Below, piece after piece: positions 58,468 to 64,000 of a stretch of DNA of 64,000 nt; the first letter of the stretch is position 1, and the number at the start of each line of letters is the position of its first letter. Source of the DNA: a virus; the IMG/VR virus record IMGVR_UViG_3300027708_002747, positions 1 through 64,000 of that record, one strand, 5' to 3'. The translations under genes were made by a program, and so were the position numbers. A model generated the notes under the pieces. The model ran no database searches. It was given only the letters and a program-made list of their open reading frames with translations, and was not told where the DNA came from.

Positions 58468-60531
58468 ATGACAGATTCAGTTGAAGAGGGTGGGAAACTA
58501 CCAAAAAAGACAGAGGTAAACTCAAGTACCCCTGTTTTAGATAATTTTAGTCGTGACCTTATCAAACTTGCCGAAGAAGGTAAGTTAGACCCCGTTGTCG
58601 GTAGGGAAGATGAAATATTACGTATTGCTCAAATTCTTTCAAGAAGAAAGAAAAATAACCCAATTATCATCGGTGAACCTGGTTGTGGTAAGACGGCGAT
58701 TGTTGAGGGATTGGCAATGAAGATTTTTGAAGGTGATTGTCCAAGAAACTTGGTCGATAAACGTATTCTATCATTAGAGATGAATTCAGTTGTTGCAGGA
58801 ACAAAATATCGTGGTCAATTTGAAGAACGATTAAAGGTTATCTTGGAAGAAATTCAAGCGAACCCAAATGTTATTCTATTCATTGACGAAATTCATACCA
58901 TTGTAGGAGCAGGTAACGCCTCAGGTTCTATGGATGCCTCCAACATCTTAAAACCAGCGTTATCAAGAGGTGAAATACAATGTATTGGAGCCACCACATT
59001 GGATGAATACAAAAAACAAATTGAGAAAGATGGGGCGTTAGACAGACGCTTCCAAAAAGTAATTGTCAGTTCATCAACAAAAGAAGAAACATTACAAATT
59101 CTTAAGAATGTTAAAGACAAATACGAAAATTATCATAAAGTAAATTATACTGATAATATTCTACAAATCTGTGTTGATTTAGCAGAACGATATATCACCG
59201 ACAGAGAGTTCCCTGACAAAGCATTTGACATCTTGGATGAAGTCGGTGCAAGAGCTCAGGTAGATGTGAAAAATCCTGAAATAATTGACGAATTAAAACG
59301 TCAGGCCTTAGAGATTAAACAACAAAAATTACTTGTTGTTAAAAAACAGAATTACGAAGAAGCCGCAAACTTAAGAGATAAAGAAAAGAAAGTTTTATCA
59401 CAACTTGATATTGAAAAGAAAAAGTTTGAACAAACTCTTTTGGATAATAGAAAAACAATTTCAGAGGAATTGGTTTATGAGGTGGTGTCAACAATGACAA
59501 AAATACCTCTAACAAAACTTAATTTAGATGATAAGATTGCTCTTATTAATTTAGAAGAAGAATTAAATAAATCAGTCATTGGACAAAAAGAGGCGGTTAC
59601 AAAGATTGCAAAATCTATTCGTAGAAATAGATTAGGTATTAAAGACCCAAATAAACCAATTGGTTCATTTATATTCTTAGGTTCAACAGGTGTTGGTAAG
59701 ACATTATTGGCAAAAGAATTGGCAAAACAAATCTTTGGAAGCGATGAAAATCTTATTCGAGTTGATATGTCTGAATACCAAGATAAACATACCGTATCTC
59801 GTTTAATTGGTTCACCTCCTGGTTATGTAGGATATGATGAAGGTGGACAACTTACAGAACAGGTAAAAACCAAACCATACTCTGTAGTATTATTTGACGA
59901 GGTTGAGAAAGCTCACAAAGACATATTCTCAGCATTACTTCAACTATTGGATGAAGGTTACATGACAGATAGTTTTGGAAGAAAAATCAATTTCAAAAAC
60001 TGTTTAATCATTATGACATCAAATCTTGGGGTAAAAAAGATGCAAGAGTTTGGAGCAGGGGTTGGATTTAGTAAGACAGGTAATGTGTATACCAATGAAG
60101 AACTTAAGAAAACAATGTTAAACAAAGAATTAAAGAACCATTTCGCGCCTGAGTTTATCAATCGTTTGGATGAAGTAATTGTATTCAACACACTTCAAAA
60201 TGACGATATCCAAAAGATTGTTTTGGTCGAAGTCAACAAATTAAAATCTCGTTTATCAAAATTGGGATATAACATTAACTTCGGTCAGTCAGTAATTGAT
60301 TTTGTTTCAAAAGTTGGATTTGATGATGTTTACGGAGCACGTCCTTTGAAGAGAGCAATTCAAGAAAAGATTGAAGACTACATTTCAGATGAAGTATTAC
60401 GTGAAAAAATTGTAATGGATAAAACCTACAATATTGAAATTAATGAAGAGGAAGTGTCGATATCGGAGGTTGAGGTCCAACCTGATGAAACGCCAAAAGT
60501 GAAAAGAACAAGAAAGAAAAAGGGGGAATAA
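58468..60531 (+). CDS. clpC: ClpC-like AAA+ unfoldase lacking the N-terminal domain
   Basis: Two NBDs ([15 protein letters not shown] and [17 protein letters not shown]), UVR-type middle ([13 protein letters not shown]), GVGF ClpP-docking loop. Start taken at MTDSVE. Confidence 0.9.
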   Translation: MTDSVEEGGKLPKKTEVNSSTPVLDNFSRDLIKLAEEGKLDPVVGREDEILRIAQILSRRKKNNPIIIGEPGCGKTAIVEGLAMKIFEGDCPRNLVDKRILSLEMNSVVAGTKYRGQFEERLKVILEEIQANPNVILFIDEIHTIVGAGNASGSMDASNILKPALSRGEIQCIGATTLDEYKKQIEKDGALDRRFQKVIVSSSTKEETLQILKNVKDKYENYHKVNYTDNILQICVDLAERYITDREFPDKAFDILDEVGARAQVDVKNPEIIDELKRQALEIKQQKLLVVKKQNYEEAANLRDKEKKVLSQLDIEKKKFEQTLLDNRKTISEELVYEVVSTMTKIPLTKLNLDDKIALINLEEELNKSVIGQKEAVTKIAKSIRRNRLGIKDPNKPIGSFIFLGSTGVGKTLLAKELAKQIFGSDENLIRVDMSEYQDKHTVSRLIGSPPGYVGYDEGGQLTEQVKTKPYSVVLFDEVEKAHKDIFSALLQLLDEGYMTDSFGRKINFKNCLIIMTSNLGVKKMQEFGAGVGFSKTGNVYTNEELKKTMLNKELKNHFAPEFINRLDEVIVFNTLQNDDIQKIVLVEVNKLKSRLSKLGYNINFGQSVIDFVSKVGFDDVYGARPLKRAIQEKIEDYISDEVLREKIVMDKTYNIEINEEEVSISEVEVQPDETPKVKRTRKKKGE

Positions 60532-60543
60532 ACCCCCTTTTTT
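60517..60543. terminator. Bidirectional terminator overlapping the clpC stop
   Basis: A5-GGGGG-aataaa-CCCCC-T6. Confidence 0.75.
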
Positions 60544-60547
60544 ATTT

Positions 60548-61366
60548 TTAGAAATTATATAATTGTGACCTATGGATAAATTCGTATTTCTGATTACCAA
60601 GTTCTTCAATCAGTTTTTTACCTGTATTCATACCAGCAAAAACTTCATGAACAACAACATATTCATTTGGTGTGTGATAATTGTGATAACCAATTGAAAA
60701 GTTAATACAAGAGAAGTCAAACTTCTTACGAAGTTGCCAAACATCGGTGTAAGGGTGTTGCATATATTGTGGTTCAGACAACATACCTTCAGAAAGAACT
60801 TTTTTAGCCTTTGACTCAAATTCAGAGTCCGTTTCAAAAACTTTAACACCATAACAATATTCTGTCACCATAAAATCGTGAGGTGCGTCAAACTGAATTG
60901 CATAACCCACATTACTAAAAAATTCAGGGTCTGCTTCTTTTGAACCCAAACAACCAACTTCTTCAGATACAAACAAAGCAACTTTAATTACATCAAAAAC
61001 TTCCAATAACTGAAGACAGGCAAACACTCCACACTTATCATCACCACCAATACCTGTTGGGTCACCAAAATCGTTATATGCTTTAAGTGATAAACTTGGA
61101 TTACCTTTTGAGTCTTTAAGTTGTTCTTCATGGATATTGATTGTATCAATGTTATGAACCGTATCGGTATGTGCAACAATACAAGGATAGGATTCACCCT
61201 CATTTATTTCACCCTTTGTAACATAAACATTTCCAAAGTCATCAACTTTGAAATTGTGTTTTTTTTCGGTTAAGTATTCAACCAAAAATTCAATCATTAA
61301 ATCTTCTTTAAATGATTTTGTAGGTATTGACAATACCTTTTTTAAGAAATTAACATTTTCTATCAT
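60548..61366 (-). CDS. M20/M28/M42-type zinc peptidase
   Basis: AHTDTVH, GGDDKCG, EEVGC.GS, QFD, H...E. Confidence 0.85.
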   Translation of the reverse strand: MIENVNFLKKVLSIPTKSFKEDLMIEFLVEYLTEKKHNFKVDDFGNVYVTKGEINEGESYPCIVAHTDTVHNIDTINIHEEQLKDSKGNPSLSLKAYNDFGDPTGIGGDDKCGVFACLQLLEVFDVIKVALFVSEEVGCLGSKEADPEFFSNVGYAIQFDAPHDFMVTEYCYGVKVFETDSEFESKAKKVLSEGMLSEPQYMQHPYTDVWQLRKKFDFSCINFSIGYHNYHTPNEYVVVHEVFAGMNTGKKLIEELGNQKYEFIHRSQLYNF

Positions 61367-61393
61367 AGCTCATAAAGATAAGCTATTTTTTAA

Positions 61394-62473
61394 TTAAAAC
61401 AATTCAGGATGATATAAAAAATTTAAGAAAGTATCATAATCAATTTTAACGGTTTGGTTAAATTCATTTTTACTATGATTACTATATGTAATAAGTATTT
61501 TTCCGTCATCAACATCTCGAATTATGAATTTGTTTGGTGTCTTTTCCCCAAATGTTTTTTGTGAAGGAAATTCATACCATTTATTAAATTCACCATACTT
61601 TAACTTTGATAATTTTTCAAGTACTTCAGAGTTTTTACGATAAGAATCAATATTATCACTATTTTCAATTTTTTCCATGATTTTATCAAGATTCCAAGTT
61701 ACACTTCTGTTAAAACTTTCATCATCATAATTTTGATTATCAAAATAAGAATAATAATCTTCATATAAATCTTCATCAAATTCTATCCCCAATTGCTCAA
61801 TACTTGTTTTTAACATATCTGAAAGTTTAGCGTCTTTGTCTTCACCAGACTTATCCCAAGTATTTAAAAGAATTGACACAGTTGTCATGTAGAGATTGGT
61901 ACATTTTTTCTCAAAGATATTTAAAGGAAGTAAAGCGTTACATAATTTAGATGTAACATATTGTCTTAATCCTTTAACCAAGGCTTCATCATATTCACTT
62001 GAATAATCGTAAATAATACTATCTATCTCATTTGAAAAATTATTTTTTAACCACTTACAAATTTCCATAACCTTATCGTTATGTTCTGTTAAATTTTCTA
62101 CGGAAAGACTAGGTCGTAATATTTTTACTATTTGTTTGACCCTATCTAAATTATCGTCATTGAAATAGTGTAGTAAATAACCCTCATCCCAATCATAATC
62201 CATGGAATAATCATCAACAAAAACATTACCTCCATAATACGCCCCTTGGAAAGCAACTCTAATTAAATAACCGTTATTATTTTCATTACTATTTCTAGTG
62301 AAAAGGTCAATATAATCATTAGTATCAAATGTTAAATAAACCAAAGATTTACCAAGATTTTTTTCATTTACTCTCGTAATACGTAAAATATCCTCATCGT
62401 CTTCGTACCTAACAAAATTTGCAGTAACTAAACCTTCCGTAAAATCTTTTAATGCCTGATAAAGTTGACTCAT
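61394..62473 (-). CDS. Hypothetical acidic/Tyr-rich protein
   Basis: 359 aa ORF; ATAAATA at 62488-62494. Confidence 0.65.
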   Translation of the reverse strand: MSQLYQALKDFTEGLVTANFVRYEDDEDILRITRVNEKNLGKSLVYLTFDTNDYIDLFTRNSNENNNGYLIRVAFQGAYYGGNVFVDDYSMDYDWDEGYLLHYFNDDNLDRVKQIVKILRPSLSVENLTEHNDKVMEICKWLKNNFSNEIDSIIYDYSSEYDEALVKGLRQYVTSKLCNALLPLNIFEKKCTNLYMTTVSILLNTWDKSGEDKDAKLSDMLKTSIEQLGIEFDEDLYEDYYSYFDNQNYDDESFNRSVTWNLDKIMEKIENSDNIDSYRKNSEVLEKLSKLKYGEFNKWYEFPSQKTFGEKTPNKFIIRDVDDGKILITYSNHSKNEFNQTVKIDYDTFLNFLYHPELF

Positions 62474-62495
62474 TAAACTTTTTTTTAATAAATAC

Positions 62496-62542
62496 TTGGT
62501 AAAAGAAGAATATATTTATATCTTTACAACATAGTTCTTTGA
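62496..62542 (+). promoter_or_regulatory. tmRNA upstream region: host-type promoter, overlapping TATTTAT and boxA-like element
   Basis: TTG 62496-62498, 20-nt spacer, TATCTTTA 62519-62526; TATTTAT 62513-62519; AGTTCTTTGA 62533-62542. Confidence 0.45.
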
Positions 62543-62547
62543 TTTAT

Positions 62548-62942
62548 GGGGATGTTTTTGGATTTGACAGGTATGAATCTGTCATAAAACGCACGTCGGG
62601 GCTAAACTAACCCTGTAAAACTGGTTTAAAACACAAACGGCAACACAATTGCAAAACTTTCTACACTCGGTTTAATCCGTACTGAAGAAGTAACTGTAGC
62701 CTAATCTAAGATTAGTATACAACGGGGTCGGTGAGCATATAACCTTGCAACAGAAGCTTGTACCGTGGTGTGGTTTCTATCCGAAAAGGAACAAAGTGGA
62801 GGATTAGTTCTCAGTAAACCGAACCACTATAAAATAAGGGAATTGTGAAGTTTCGGATTGTTTAGAAAAACAATGACCTAAACGTGTAGTGTTTTATGGT
62901 CGACATATTTGGACCGGCGTTCGAGTCGCCGCATCTCCACCA
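62548..62942 (+). ncRNA. ssrA: tmRNA; predicted tag (A)GNTIAKLSTLGLIRTEEVTVA
   Basis: 5' GGGGATG pairs with 3' CATCTCC (G3.U alanine identity), followed by ACCA; GGATTTGAC D-loop-like motif; CGGCG-TTCGAGT-CGCCG T-arm; tag ORF at 62639-62704. Confidence 0.93.
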
Positions 62943-62946
62943 ATTT

Positions 62947-62973
62947 AAAAGGGACTTTTCAGTCCCTTTTTTT
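62947..62973. terminator. Bidirectional intrinsic terminator
   Basis: A4-GGGACT-tttc-AGTCCC-T7. Confidence 0.85.
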
Positions 62974-63925
62974 ATTTTATAAATCTTTTAAAGTTTTTTA
63001 GTTCTTCTGTTAAACTTACCTCTTTTTCTTCTTCTTTTTTCTTAGCTTCCTCTTCTTTTTTCTTAGCTTCCTCTTCTTTTTTCTTAGCCTCCTCTTCTTT
63101 TTCTATTTCTTTTGTAATTTCTTTAGCGGAATCAACAAATTCCGAAATTGGAATACCTAAAAACAAAGAACTACAAAACTTATCTTTTTTTGTTACATAT
63201 TTTTCACCAATATATTTAACTAAATCATTAAAGTGTTTTTCACAATCAGATTCAGTTTTTATTTCAGCTATTTTTTTAACACCAAAATTATTTAACATTT
63301 TATTAAATTCAGAATCAATTTCTGATTGTGACATAGTCAACCATTCTGGTTCAGGTTCAGGAAATTCAAAGTTCACTAAATCTGATGATGGGACTGAATT
63401 ACAAAATTGTGAGGTGTATCTACTTTCGTCACCCTTACTCTCAGAATATGAAATATGAAAATGAACTTCTGTTGAATGTGGTGTAGGGTGTCGATACTCA
63501 TCAATAAAAGTAAATCCAGGTATAGATTTTTTAGCAGCACATAAAAGAGTTGATATTTTATCCAACATTTCATCATCTGATTTTTTAACACCTGTAAAAA
63601 CTATATCATTTGCATTACCCTTATTATGTCGACTGCTTGGATAATCACTATGGAATTTATCCCTACCAGAACCAAAAGTTATTTCTAAATCAGGCATTTC
63701 TTTTTTAAACGCTGAGGATACTTTTTTCAAAACATTTGCAAATTCAGGAGTAATATCCCCAATTTCATCTAGCGTTGGTTTAACTTTATACCCTATATTA
63801 CTTAAATGTGTTCTAACACCATTAGCATTAACGTGAGTTGATTTATCAACTTCCGCTTCAAGTAAAACATTTCTTAATTTTTTAATTTCAGAAATAACTT
63901 CTTTATGACTATTAATCTTATTCAT
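62972..63925 (-). CDS. Peptidase M15 (Hedgehog/DD-peptidase fold)-like protein with charged tail
   Basis: SGRD..H....SRHNKGNAND and HFHISY zinc motifs; EEEAKKK repeats. Confidence 0.65.
   Translation of the reverse strand: MNKINSHKEVISEIKKLRNVLLEAEVDKSTHVNANGVRTHLSNIGYKVKPTLDEIGDITPEFANVLKKVSSAFKKEMPDLEITFGSGRDKFHSDYPSSRHNKGNANDIVFTGVKKSDDEMLDKISTLLCAAKKSIPGFTFIDEYRHPTPHSTEVHFHISYSESKGDESRYTSQFCNSVPSSDLVNFEFPEPEPEWLTMSQSEIDSEFNKMLNNFGVKKIAEIKTESDCEKHFNDLVKYIGEKYVTKKDKFCSSLFLGIPISEFVDSAKEITKEIEKEEEAKKKEEEAKKKEEEAKKKEEEKEVSLTEELKNFKRFIK
63030..63100 (-). repeat. 21-bp coding tandem repeat (EEEAKKK x3)
   Basis: Repeated cttagcttcctcttctttttt. Confidence 0.85.
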
Positions 63926-63952
63926 ATATTTTTTTGTATATTTATAAATATT

Positions 63953-64000
63953 ATGGAAAACAATAAATTAATTAGAATAGCTCAAAAGTTATCTTTATCC
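63953..64000 (+). CDS. Start of a gene running off the window (MENNKLIRIAQKLSLS...)
   Basis: ATG 7 nt after TATTTAT (63939-63945); frame is open to the window end. Confidence 0.45.
   Translation, partial: MENNKLIRIAQKLSLS

Noticed and set aside
62905-62942. Stand-alone tRNA
   Set aside because: The T-arm and acceptor half pair with the 5' end at 62548 and there is no anticodon arm, so this is the tmRNA 3' end.
1-64000. Stop-codon reassignment as in some Bacteroidota phages
   Set aside because: Core genes (MCP, portal, terminase, ClpC) are full length in the standard code and coding density is high; TAG and TGA occur at plausible gene ends (e.g. 332, 55904).

Overview
This window is a densely coded, AT-rich segment of a large T4-like (myovirus-type) phage genome, read in the standard genetic code. 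The host is most likely a Bacteroidota bacterium: the window has TTTG/TAnnTTTG promoters, no Shine-Dalgarno sites by eye, a Bacteroidota-type bS21 and a DUF4494 gene. From left to right it holds: (1) a minus-strand modification operon (1-6503) with GT2, HtrL-like, GT60, DUF2061 fusion, a small HxGH nucleotidyltransferase, APS kinase, sulfotransferase, SET methyltransferase and a GT9-like gene; (2) putative virion/head-internal genes including a WYL protein; (3) a ~21 kb glycan island (11380-32620) of glycosyltransferases, sugar-nucleotide enzymes, methyltransferases, dUTPase and PhoH; (4) a gp55-like late sigma factor and baseplate-like genes; (5) the head module (HNH, major capsid, scaffold, prohead protease, antisense bS21, portal, a mucin-like Thr/Pro protein, large terminase); (6) a nucleotidyltransferase, KTSC, an N-domain-less ClpC, a peptidase, a complete tmRNA with an atypical tag and an M15-like peptidase. 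The best candidate for an undescribed system is phage-encoded glycosylation plus sulfation of its own virion proteins, supported by a recurrent [ST]-[GA]-x-T motif in predicted structural proteins. Other notable signals are a TATTTAT putative late promoter, a recurring I/L-K-K-V/I-L/V-x-E putative capsid-targeting/cleavage motif and a possible tmRNA-ClpC quality-control module. All family calls come from motif recognition by eye; no database searches were run.
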